Source: Strigamia acuminata
Lineage: Eukaryota
Assembly (NCBI GenBank): GCA_949358305.1
Contig: OX442314.1
Span: 28,768,001 to 28,832,000, forward strand
Direction of reading: 5' to 3'
DNA: 64,000 nt
Part shown: positions 24,032 through 34,537 of the stretch, in pieces
Numbering within the stretch: position 1 is the stretch's first letter
How the letters are laid out: each line of letters starts with the position of its first letter
Notes under the pieces: generated by a model
Databases searched by the model: none
What the model was told of the DNA's origin: nothing
The model's input: the letters and a program-made list of their open reading frames with translations, nothing else
Program-made: the position numbers and the translations under genes

Positions 24032-27000
24032 ATGAGAAATGATTGGAAGAAAGAAATTGAACGGGCCGTAAACAACGCTTCCGAGGATGACGATGAAGAT
24101 CAAGTGGATTTGTTACAAATCATTGTAAACAACGAAGAGGGAAATTGGGACGAACCCAATGAACCCGATGTCCAACCCGACGTAAGTAAAAAATAGAAAA
24201 AATTCAATTATCGATAATCAAAAATACGAAATAAGTTCGTGGACTGACCACAAACGAAGAAATAATTTAACTTTAAGTGACAAATTATCAAAATTAATCA
24301 AATACCGAAAGAAAAATTAACTTCAAGACACGTGGTCGAAAAGCACATGGCCGACCATGACGCCATCTTGTGTTAGACGAAAGAATCTCTACAAAAATAT
24401 GACAAATTAATCAACGATCCTAATATATTTATTAATATTCTAATATTTAGGACGGATATCGCACTACGTGGGGGCAAATCGACCCGAAAAGAGTTTCCGC
24501 AGGCAGCTTATGGCGCGAAGTAATCCCCATACTGTTCCGACAAGCGCTCGAAGAAGCGGTCGACTTTGAACCATGGAAAATTCGCCTTTTATTGTCCCGT
24601 GCGATCAGCCGCTACTGGTCCAGCCAGCAAACGTTGATCCACTACATGCCGCGCCAATATCAAGCAGCTTTACGGGCAGTTATCTCGAGAAATATGGACC
24701 CGCCAGCGCCAATCCCGAATCCACTAATCCGAGCCGCCTTTCCTGACGACCAGCGAGGATGGGACGTTTACGAACAATGGCGCGACGCCGAAACAGATGA
24801 AGAAAAACACCAGATTCATATGGCATATTACGAAGAAGTAAGGCGGACCGCACATGACGAGGTTTTCAATTATCTACAGCCGGACGGTTACTCGACCGAG
24901 GAAATCAGGTTTTGGCTCCTTCAGATCCGCGAAGACCGGCCCGACCGCCCAGATTGGAGACCGAGACACGGTTTCATCACCTCGCAACGAGCAATGCATC
25001 AATTGCATTTTTTGGGCTTCTTTGGTCGCAAACGCCAGAAGGCCGAGAAACGTCTCTCCAACGAGCACGACGAAGCAGGCTGCTCAGCGAAGAAACCATG
25101 CCTGGACAAGCCAAGCACTTCCAGCAGCGCGCAGAATAAGAAACCCGCGACAGAGAAACGCCTGGCCAAACCAAGCGCTCTCTCTCGCCTGGGAAAGACG
25201 GAGATCCCACAAACATCGCGATTTCAATCCAGGGATGCCCCGTCAACCAGCCGAAGAAGAGAAAATGTACGCGAACGCCCCGACCGCCGAGAAGATCAAC
25301 GCCGACGCGATAGGAACCAAGAAAATTGGGACGATTATCGTAGAAATTACTTCCGACGGCGGGAAGAAAACAAGGAATCCTGGAATAGACACCGAGAGGA
25401 GTTCCTGCGCGAACGTGATGAAAGAGCCCGACGTGAACGAGAGAACCTCCGTCTACAAGACGAACGAAGAAGGAGAGGATCGGAGAGTCGCGCACGTTCA
25501 TGGAAAGCGTATCGTGAAGAAGAAATTCGACAGCGAGATAGGAGGCGCTGCGAAGATACACGATCAATTCGGGACAGTCCCGAACCAATGAAGATCGACG
25601 ATGAGGTAATTATCGACGAGGTCCCCGAGCAAAAGAAGATGTATACTCAGGCGGACCTCCTCGCGGTAGTTATGCAATACCAACAAATGCAGCCGAAACC
25701 AGTCTACCGCCCGACTCCCTCGACCGCCTCGAGTCTAGAGACGGCGCCAAGTGCTTTCATCAAGCCGGAACTCTCGCAGACGAGAAGCGTAACATCCAGC
25801 GTCAGCCTCCCAAGCGCCTTTCGCAAGAAAGTGATAATCGGCGCACCGACACTGAGTTCTGAAGAACAACTCAGACATCGAGAAGCTCGCTTTGGACCGG
25901 CCAAAGTCGAACCTCTCCCAACTATCCCCGAAGCCTCAACTTCAACGAGAACTCCAATCGTTTGGGACAAGCCCGAACCGGAAAAATCAAGACGTCTGGT
26001 CAGATCTGTGCCTCAGCCAACGACATCCACGGGACCCAATCCGATGTTGCCAGCCCCAGCAGTCATCCAAGCCTCGACTCCAATCAACCCTTCGGAGGTA
26101 ACGTTGCAACAGTTTCTGGAGGTAACGACCGTGGAGCAAGCTAGAGCGCTTTTGTGCGAGATGGACTCCTACCAACAAAACGTGATCCAAAACGTCATCA
26201 CGAACCTTCAGCGGATCTCGATTGAATATACGCAGAACAAAAATCGGGATCATCCAAATTGGAATACGAGGATCGTGGTTGCCATTACCGACTTGATGTC
26301 GATTTTGCTGGCCGCCGCCACCTTCCGAAACGCACGTGTTGCTGTGGCAGCCTGGATCGTGGTGGCCCACGAGGGTTTCCAAGTCCCGCCGGCTCTCGTA
26401 GACAGCTGGACCCGCCTAGTGCCCTCTGCGGCAGTAATTCGAGCCCAAATGGTGGCCCAGGACCCGGATCCAGAGACCTCCTATCAGAACGTTCGAGCGA
26501 TCATCCAACACCCACGCCCGTCGTCTTCAGTGACCACACCCGTCGTGGAAACTCCGGCTCCCAGGGATCCGACGCCTCCTCCTCCGCCTCCGCCGAAGGA
26601 AAATAGACCTTCCGAACCACTGGCCGAACCAGTCTCGCTCAAAAAGAAGGAAACAAAAGGAAAATTGCTCCGCCCAAAATCGAGCATGAAAGCTTCAAAG
26701 ACGGCCGAACCTCAGATCGCCGCCAGACTCCGGATGTACTTCCCGGGGTTGTCCTTGACGAAGGATACTGAAACAAAATTACTCCAAACCCCAGACCGTG
26801 GCTATTCTCTTTATGTCTGGATGAAGAACGCTATCGAAGCTGGAGCCGGAGGCGATCGCTTCATCCAGCATCAACGACTACTCCGAGCCCATCGCGCGCC
26901 AACCAGCATTGCCGAGGCCCAAAGAATCCATCACACCAATCAGGGAATGTCGCCCTTTTTGCCGCCAATTTGGGCCCACGAACGAACGGGGAATCCGCTG

Positions 27001-27141
27001 GAAGCGCCAGGTCACTTACGTTTCTACTTGAACGAGAGCGAAGACCCCTCGGACTACTCTTCAAAATTGACCACATCTCCCAACCTGGACGAACCAAGTT
27101 CGGAAGATAAGCCAAGTTACGCCGATAACTTGAAGAAATAA
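24032..27141 (+). CDS. Spliced ORF3 of element A, unknown function (join 24032-24181, 24451-27141; ~946 aa)
   Basis: An ATG exon of exactly 50 codons ends at GAC|GTAAGT. Acceptor ttctaatatttag|GAC at 24450 opens the same frame as ORF 24592-27141 with no stop. Homologous blocks with B ORF3. Confidence 0.8.
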
Positions 27142-27335
27142 TTAATTACATATTCATAACGAGAAGACTGTCTTCTCTAAAAAACCCTGAAATTATTTAT
27201 GTATCAATTTCAAGAATGTAAAATATTTTGTTCATCATTCATCATTATTTAATAAAAAGATTATTTATGATTAAAGATACTGCTCCACCTTTATTTAAAG
27301 GGGGGGCCCCGATGATTTATTCTCGGGGAGGGACG

Positions 27336-27966
27336 TGTGGTGATTCAGCATCACCTGAAGAAGTAATTAGCGGTGATTATTGTGTTACTAATACTCGCCA
27401 CTAGAGCGCGCTAGAAATACCGACTAGACTGACTAGTCGCGTGTTTCTGCGAACCTGCATAATCAGAAGGATTTGCATATGACGTCATTTCCGGTTAATA
27501 TATATAGCCAATGCTTGACCGGAAACGACACTACAGTTACCACATTTCAGCAAGAGCACCATTTACCTCACCTTTCAGGCCGTTTCACGGATTGATCGAG
27601 GACCGGTGCCCGCTGACCATTTCAACTGTACAACAGCCACATTTATTTAGCGTAGCCAATCTACGCTAGAATAAATATTCGAACGATATTCGTTTAATTC
27701 GCACGAGAAAGCGAATTCTCGCGTGTTCATAATAACACGTGGAAATACCCTAGACAACAAACATAGACCACGCGTAGGACTAAACAATTGGATCCGCCAT
27801 TGTTTAGCGGCAACTCGTATTCGCAGCCGAATCCGAGGACCAACACAGGAAACATCTTGACTTATATTTGTATTAGTAAGCGTGTTTTAATAAAGCAGTA
27901 TTTGAAATATATTGTATTCCCGAGTGTATTATTTATTATCTTTAACCACAAAGTCGAATCACGACA
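27336..27966 (+). repeat. Element A 3' LTR
   Basis: 631 bp, TG...CA, preceded by GGGGAGGGACG and followed by TSD CAGT. Confidence 0.96.
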
Positions 27967-28347
27967 CAGTAGCTGGAAATTGTATGATGCTTACTATGAG
28001 TAATACAATGATTAAATAACATTCTTAAGAATGTGATTGTGACATAGTTTCTACAGGCTTCTAGATTGAGTGCAAAATTACAGAGTTTACTCCATGAAAA
28101 AGAGTTAGTTGAACCTTGCAAAAACTGAAATAAAAGCATTTGCAAATTGAATTAAAGAAAAATGAAGGACGCGAAGCGTAACTTCCGTCGATCCATAAAT
28201 AAGCCAAGTTTTAGGTGAGGGTTCGGAAACTGTAAAATTTGGAATAAGTGCCATGTGATGGGCGAAACTCAAAGTAAACAATACAGAAATGTGTTGCGAT
28301 ATTAAATAAATGATCGTTTATTTATATTAGCGATACACATTTTGTAT

Positions 28348-28762
28348 CTATACTCTTTCCACACTCAAGAGTGACCCTGGAAGCTTGGCTTTCATTGGCC
28401 GAGCCATTTCACTTGTGTAGTGATACATAAAACAAGACCGAAAACACCAGACTCAATACAAAATTCAAATAACATGTGCTTTCTAAACAAAGCAAGCACT
28501 AAAATTAAAAACAATTCGTTTAAAAACAATTCGTTTTTAATTATAAACACCATAAAACTATTTTTCAAAGATGGAAAACATGTTTTATTAGGTAATAACA
28601 TTAAATGTACATAATTTAAAGCATTATTATTCAGGAATAGACTAAAAAGCATAGGGAACTACTTTTCCTCGTAGCAGTAGTTCCATTGCAGTTCTGAGTA
28701 ATTGGACTAGGCCAATGGGAGCCGAGCTTCCAGGGTCACTCTTGAGTGTGGAAAAAGAATAG
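28348..28762. mobile_element. MITE in intron of the disrupted DEG/ENaC gene
   Basis: ~55-bp terminal inverted repeats (TTCCACACTCAAGAGTGACCCTGGAAGCT...) around an AT-rich core; absent from the paralog intron. Confidence 0.8.
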
Positions 28763-30449
28763 TGAATTGCTCTTTGAGATCTAATTGTAGAATCCATTTT
28801 GGATACTGAATTGCATTGGATTAGCTTTGTTTTAAGTTAGGTCAAAGTTAATCCTTAAACATCCTTAACATGGAAAAAAGCAACAATTTTTTTGGCTGGT
28901 ATTGTACACTACGTACATACCAGAGTGTGGTACATACTGTTACATTTCCCAGGCCATGTTGTCTGCCTGAAACTCTGCGCATTGGAAAATTATACCTCTC
29001 TGAAACTGGTAGTTGCAATGTAAAGTACAGCCGTGGTCATAAAAATCGTCCCAGTCCAGCTTGAAACACACTTGCAGAATGAGCGATTTCAGCTGTATCC
29101 ACCAGGTATTGCAAAAACTCACTAATATGTTGTGACAAATTTATTAAATTTAAATGATTTCACTCAATCATCTAAACACATGATGTGAAGGTGAGTAACA
29201 TCATTTGAATGTCAATTTGTCACTATACTCTTGTTGCACTCAAAAAGGGCCCTCAGTCCCATTCGTCGAGACATTTTACTGGAGTAGTGATCCGAAAAAA
29301 TAGATCCAAACACCAGAATTGCAATTCATGTACAGACATTGTAATCGATTGCCTAGGTAAGGGCCACCATTTCAACAATAACAAACATGAGTTTTACATT
29401 TATATGTGCATTAAACTTGATTTCATAAATCAATGTATAATGTTGATGCCATACCGTACTAGTTTACAACGAGGCCCTTCTTATTTGTACAACCGTCCGT
29501 ATATCCAGTCTATCCAAATAGTTTCACTTTGCATAAAGTGGTCTTACGAAGTGACAGTATTTATCACTCTACAAAAGGAGCATTACCAAATAGACATCGT
29601 CGTAGGTGAACATAATTTTTCCCACTAGAACACAACTCTGATCAACGATCAGTTTCTTGTAGAAACTTGTTTACAATAACGTTTGTAATCACAAATTTTC
29701 CGATTGATCAACAATTACATAATTGTAGATACAAAAATGGAATACGAAGGCCCATTCACTTATGTTGATTTGGAATGGAGTACTGCACCAGCTCCCTATT
29801 CAACAGATAGTCTATTTGTAAGGTTTAATGAGAAACCAAGGAAAAAATAATGAAATATAAAATGTTACTTTAAACTTGCAGTTCGCTCTTCACGGTGATT
29901 CATTCCGGCATGTGTACGACGGCCTTGTAGTATCTGAACACGCAAAACCCAATTTTATTACAGAATACCGAATACTTGAAAAAGAGGTACAGTTAAACGA
30001 TTTAAAATTATAAATAAACGTTTTACAATACAAAAATAATGTCACCGTTATTTCAAAAATTGTATGCAAGATAATAAAACTTGTAAAAAAATCAAATATT
30101 AGTTTGGGATGGGCGGGAGACTCAAGGTTGATTGGAAATATTGGAATGGAATTGGGCACAGTATTCAATAGCAAAACCGTGAATCAAAATTTCAGTTTCA
30201 GAATTTAAATTTACCTCGCAATCCTTGTGCACCGGCAGAAGAAGTCATAACCTGCATAACCAAATGCTTGGACAAATTATTAGAAAAGAATTTAACTTGC
30301 AGGTAAGATTGCAATGTATTCATCCAGTTCCAGACGTGTAGATGATCTCTCTCACTTTCTTTGCTAGATTACCATTTTTCAATTCTACACTACCTTGGTG
30401 CGCCAGTCTTGATGAAATTAAAGATGGATTTTTTTTTGGTTGGCAAGTA

Positions 30450-31514
30450 TGTGGTGACCTCAAATATTCCTATTTGAGTGCGCACCATATTTCCAAATTG
30501 TCTTATAAACATATTCAACAAGCTTATATGTTTTGTTTCAATGTAAATTGAAATAAAATATATATTAATCAAATATAAAACAAGACACAATATTACCCAA
30601 ATAATATTGTGTTTTGCAGCAAGTTTTGGCCCAGCAACAGCGTCAACCAATCGCGCTGCAGCGTGCATTGCTTTGATGATGCTGCTAGGCGTGTGCCTGG
30701 GCGGAGCATCCCTTCCCCTCGCGCGTGCCCGGCTCAATTGTTGCACACGACCCGAAGGCGGCCGTGTGTGATCTTTGTGCAACTCGTCATCTGCGCAGCT
30801 TTTCTGAGCAGATTCAGGAGTAAGCCAAACGGTTTTGGCCCACTCTTCCCGCATTCTTGATTCTGCTTCCAAACCATTCACATCTGTGTCAAACTTATGC
30901 CAACCATTGCTAAGTGTGATCTGTGATATCTGGAAGAGTTGAGATTCATTGCTGGTCCGTGCCAACTGTACGGAATAGCGCCCTTCTGCTTGAATTACTA
31001 CGCGTAATTTAAGCCATTTCTGTGTGGGAATTGACATTGAGCTTGCTCTGTCAATTTGAAGGCTTTGTGTCGAGTTTAACTCCACAAAGCAATTTGTGTA
31101 AAGACCGATTGTTACGTCGAGCTTGCTCCGTAATAATCGAATCGCTGTGTGCAAGACGTATTCTCGTGTCGAGCGTGCTCCACGAGGATTTTTAGTATAT
31201 TCAGCAACGTATTTTAGCGTCGAGTTTACTCCGCTAAAATCCCGCGCTCACACGACGCCGTCGACGCCATCTTGGAGCCAACGGTCAACTGTGAGTGTAT
31301 ATTTGAAGAAGAAGCCAGATCGACCCCAAACATTTTGAATAATACCTCCTTTGTATTTTGAACAATTAAAGCTATCTAATTTTTCCTTTACTCTGTGTAA
31401 AATCATTCCCCTAGACAAACATTTGGCCACAGAGTAGAAGTCCTGTACGGCATCTCTACGACGATTACTTGATAAGTCTCCTCGATTTATTAAGTAAAAA
31501 CCCGGATCGCCGCA
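30450..31514 (+). repeat. Element B 5' LTR
   Basis: Direct repeat of 42188-43252; TGTGGTGACC...GATCGCCGCA. Confidence 0.96.
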
Positions 31515-31516
31515 CT

Positions 31517-31534
31517 TGGGGGCCCAGCCGGGAT
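31517..31534 (+). promoter_or_regulatory. Primer-binding site, tRNA-Pro-like (element B)
   Basis: TGGGGGCCCAGCCGGGAT, 2 nt after the LTR; imperfect tRNA-Pro complement. Confidence 0.75.
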
Positions 31535-31606
31535 TGTTTTGATTGTTAAAATCCGATTTTTGCGAAAAGATCCTTTATTTCCATTGTTCTTTTTCAATTT
31601 GACAAA

Positions 31607-34504
31607 ATGGCGACGCCAATGCAAATTGTAAAACGACAGCGAGGTCGACCAAGCACTCAGAAACGAGCAGCGACGGTTTTGCCGGCTCTCGAGCCTGAAA
31701 TGCTTGTGGAGAAAATTATTTCCGAGGAAATAACACCAATTCCAGATCCGAAACAACTTAAGGATGCTGAAAATGAAGTTGCTCGAGCCCTGAGCGCATC
31801 GAGTGCGAGTTCTCACGAACAAGAACTCCCGCCACTTCCACTGGAGGAAGTGGAAAATACGTTACGTGAAATGGAAAGTGAATCGTCTCACGAATCACCT
31901 CCTCGCATGACCATGCTGGATGCTTTGAGAAATCAAGCACGCCAGGATGGCGCCCAAATAACGGACGACATGACGGTGGAAGAGATTCATCGCGCCATGA
32001 TACGACTTCACACTGACCGAGCCGTTTCAGATTTAAAATTTGAAGTGGAACGGAAAGAAGCAGAGCTTCAACAACAAAAAGCGGAGGTTGAGCTCCAACA
32101 CATGGAACTCAATCGACAAAATGAGGAATTTCTAGCCCAAAAAGCTAGAGAATACAGATTAAAAGGTGAAGTGGAAAATCTTTCTAAAATGAATGTTAGA
32201 AATGAACTTTCAATTCGCTCACACCAAGAGGCGCGAAAACAGCTCGAGCTTACCAAAAGTAAGCTGGAGCAGAAAAATAAAGAACTGATTGATTTGGCAG
32301 ACCACTACCAACGCAATCATAATCAACTAGTGAGATATGCTGCTGAATTAGACACACGTGCTAAAACACAGCGTACTCGCGAAAGTAATATAGCTAAGCG
32401 TGAAGACGAGATTTTCCACTCGCTGGATCAACCCAGTACGAGCGGACAAGTCAAGTCTAGCGGCCCTGCTAAGCGATCACAACCAGAAGAATCGCAAAAT
32501 CAAATAAATGAGAATGAAATTCTCCGAGCTGATTTGTTGCGCGCTCAAGAAGAGCTTGCAGAAATGAAAGATCGTTTGCAAGCAAGAAATTATACTGACC
32601 AATTGGTGCAACCAGAAATGGCTGCGCCAACTGTCCCTATTTTGACTCCCGAAACAATAACAATTTCTGTTGTTTCAGAGTTAAGTAGCCAATCTGGATT
32701 ATCAAGTGATGACGACCAACGTTCGCGTCGTCGCCATCGCTCAAAAAGAAAACGTCCTTCAGATTCTGAGGAACGGAGAGCTGATCGCAATCCGCTCCCT
32801 GGTAATCGAAACCCTATTTTTCACAATAGTGACCGACTGTTGGGAATGGTAGACGATCGAAACAGACGACATGAAACAGGTATTCACGTTGCCCGAACGA
32901 TACCACTGGCTCAGCAGCAAGATTCGTCGAAAAGAAGTCGACGAGACACCAATCCAGCACGCGAACCGCCGGACGGACATGAAAGCCCGCCAGGTGGGGG
33001 TCAGTATAGAAGAAATCCACCAGATGGAGGAAATCCAGATGGACACGGAGATGGACCACCTGGAGGTGGACGCCGACCGCCAGACGATGGTGACGGCGAC
33101 CCACCCGACCCACCTGAAACGCCACATTTCAACACGCCTTCAAATTCACAATCTGATTCAAGGTCGGATTCTGATGTGAATGCGCAACAAGAACGCGATA
33201 ATCGACATCGATCTCATCGACGTCGACATCGAGGCCACTCTTCTCGGCGTAATACTCATTATTACACTGCTGAGGAAATAGATCGATTATTAGCTGATCG
33301 TCGATCTTCTGATCGATCTGACGCTACTGCCGATAATGCTGACATTGCATTACGACAGAAAATTGCACAATACACTGCCAACAACTGGACTCACGATCTA
33401 GTTGATGAAAGAAATATCAGATGGGATCACATTAAACCCGCTTTATTCGATGGAGAATGGGAAGCTGGATCCACTCTTTTAGATGAAGTTTTACGAATTT
33501 CAAGGTTGAATGGCATTGCATGTCACACTGCTTTGAAAAGAGTAGTACCAAAAGCTCTTATAGACCGAGCTGAGAAATGGTTTTATTCTAAACAATTTCA
33601 AAATTGGAACCACTTTGTAGAAGAATTCATGACTGAGTATGGAGAGTCAAGTGAAGACTTACTACAAATGTGGGATAATCTTTCTCAAAATAAAGGCGAA
33701 AGTCTTCGCTCTTATTTAAGAAGGACTGAGGATTTATTGGTCACTCTCCCTTATACGATGGGAGACGCAGCCATTGATCGTCAATTCCGTCGTGGATTGA
33801 CAGATTATTCAAAAAATGTTCTGCTTTCAGTACGAGCACCTTATCCGGGTGGTTTCGCTGAATTAGCCAAATTTATGCGAGCTAACCAGATAAGAATTGA
33901 TGAGAATTATAAAGCTTATCTACCAGCTGATGAAAAAGTTGCGTACGCTAAGCGACAGCAACGGAGAAAGGAGTTGGCTAAAGACACCCGTTTTGCTAAC
34001 ACCCCTCTTTTGCAACCCCCAAAACGAGGAGATTTTTTGGCAGAGACTGCCAAGGAATCGAAAAAGGGATCGGATGGAAATAATCCTCATCCAACCCCTA
34101 AAGCTCACTTAGCTGAAGTGACAGAAATGGAAACTGCTTCTGAACCAGAGAAATCTGACTCGGAACCAGAAAGTGAGGCAGCAGCTGCATTATTAGCCCG
34201 TAATAACGCAGTAGCAAGAAAATTTGGACCAAAAATGGCACCTAAAAACGTTACTTTTGGTTCACCAAAGACAGACGCGCTCAGTAGATCGAAGTCGCCG
34301 ACCCCTAAAAAGGACGAAGCCAAACGTTCGAGTTCGCCTTCGCCAAAAGTCGCGAAATCGCCTGCTACTGACCCGTGTAATATTTGTAAAAAATTGGGAC
34401 ATTGGGCTAAAGAATGTCCTGACAGAAAATCGAGCAAAGACAAGATTATAGAAGAGTTCGAGAAATCGATGAAATCAATCGGCGAACTTCTAAAAAACTT
34501 GTAA
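31607..34504 (+). CDS. gag: Gag of element B
   Basis: 965 aa with a coiled coil, capsid-like LIDRAEKWF...WNHFVEEF...QNKGESLRSYLRR, and the CCHC knuckle CNICKKLGHWAKEC. Confidence 0.95.
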   Translation: MATPMQIVKRQRGRPSTQKRAATVLPALEPEMLVEKIISEEITPIPDPKQLKDAENEVARALSASSASSHEQELPPLPLEEVENTLREMESESSHESPPRMTMLDALRNQARQDGAQITDDMTVEEIHRAMIRLHTDRAVSDLKFEVERKEAELQQQKAEVELQHMELNRQNEEFLAQKAREYRLKGEVENLSKMNVRNELSIRSHQEARKQLELTKSKLEQKNKELIDLADHYQRNHNQLVRYAAELDTRAKTQRTRESNIAKREDEIFHSLDQPSTSGQVKSSGPAKRSQPEESQNQINENEILRADLLRAQEELAEMKDRLQARNYTDQLVQPEMAAPTVPILTPETITISVVSELSSQSGLSSDDDQRSRRRHRSKRKRPSDSEERRADRNPLPGNRNPIFHNSDRLLGMVDDRNRRHETGIHVARTIPLAQQQDSSKRSRRDTNPAREPPDGHESPPGGGQYRRNPPDGGNPDGHGDGPPGGGRRPPDDGDGDPPDPPETPHFNTPSNSQSDSRSDSDVNAQQERDNRHRSHRRRHRGHSSRRNTHYYTAEEIDRLLADRRSSDRSDATADNADIALRQKIAQYTANNWTHDLVDERNIRWDHIKPALFDGEWEAGSTLLDEVLRISRLNGIACHTALKRVVPKALIDRAEKWFYSKQFQNWNHFVEEFMTEYGESSEDLLQMWDNLSQNKGESLRSYLRRTEDLLVTLPYTMGDAAIDRQFRRGLTDYSKNVLLSVRAPYPGGFAELAKFMRANQIRIDENYKAYLPADEKVAYAKRQQRRKELAKDTRFANTPLLQPPKRGDFLAETAKESKKGSDGNNPHPTPKAHLAEVTEMETASEPEKSDSEPESEAAAALLARNNAVARKFGPKMAPKNVTFGSPKTDALSRSKSPTPKKDEAKRSSSPSPKVAKSPATDPCNICKKLGHWAKECPDRKSSKDKIIEEFEKSMKSIGELLKNL

Positions 34505-34537
34505 GCGCGCATCCAGACGGTCTAGTGGATGCGACGC
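34492..34537 (+). promoter_or_regulatory. -1 ribosomal frameshift signal (element B)
   Basis: A AAA AAC in the gag frame at 34492-34498, then stem CGCATCCA / TGGATGCG after a short spacer. pol is in the -1 frame. Confidence 0.8.

Larger units (their letters stand above)
6777..27966 (+). mobile_element. Ty3/Gypsy LTR retrotransposon A (gag, pol, spliced ORF3); 5' LTR interrupted by element C
   Basis: 631-bp LTRs TGTGGTGATTC...GAATCACGACA, TSD CAGT (6773-6776 / 27967-27970), PBS 16840-16857, PPT ~27325-27335, pol order PR-RT-RH-IN. Confidence 0.97.

Noticed and set aside
24592..27141. ORF3 (and 39781-42015) as an env gene
   Set aside because: No N-terminal signal peptide, no C-terminal transmembrane anchor and no Cys-rich ectodomain; composition is Arg/Ser/Pro-rich.
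29270..29610. Weak similarity to 2718-2800 (inverted) and 57430-57570
   Set aside because: Looks like old dispersed repeat remnants; no conserved reading frame or termini that I could define.
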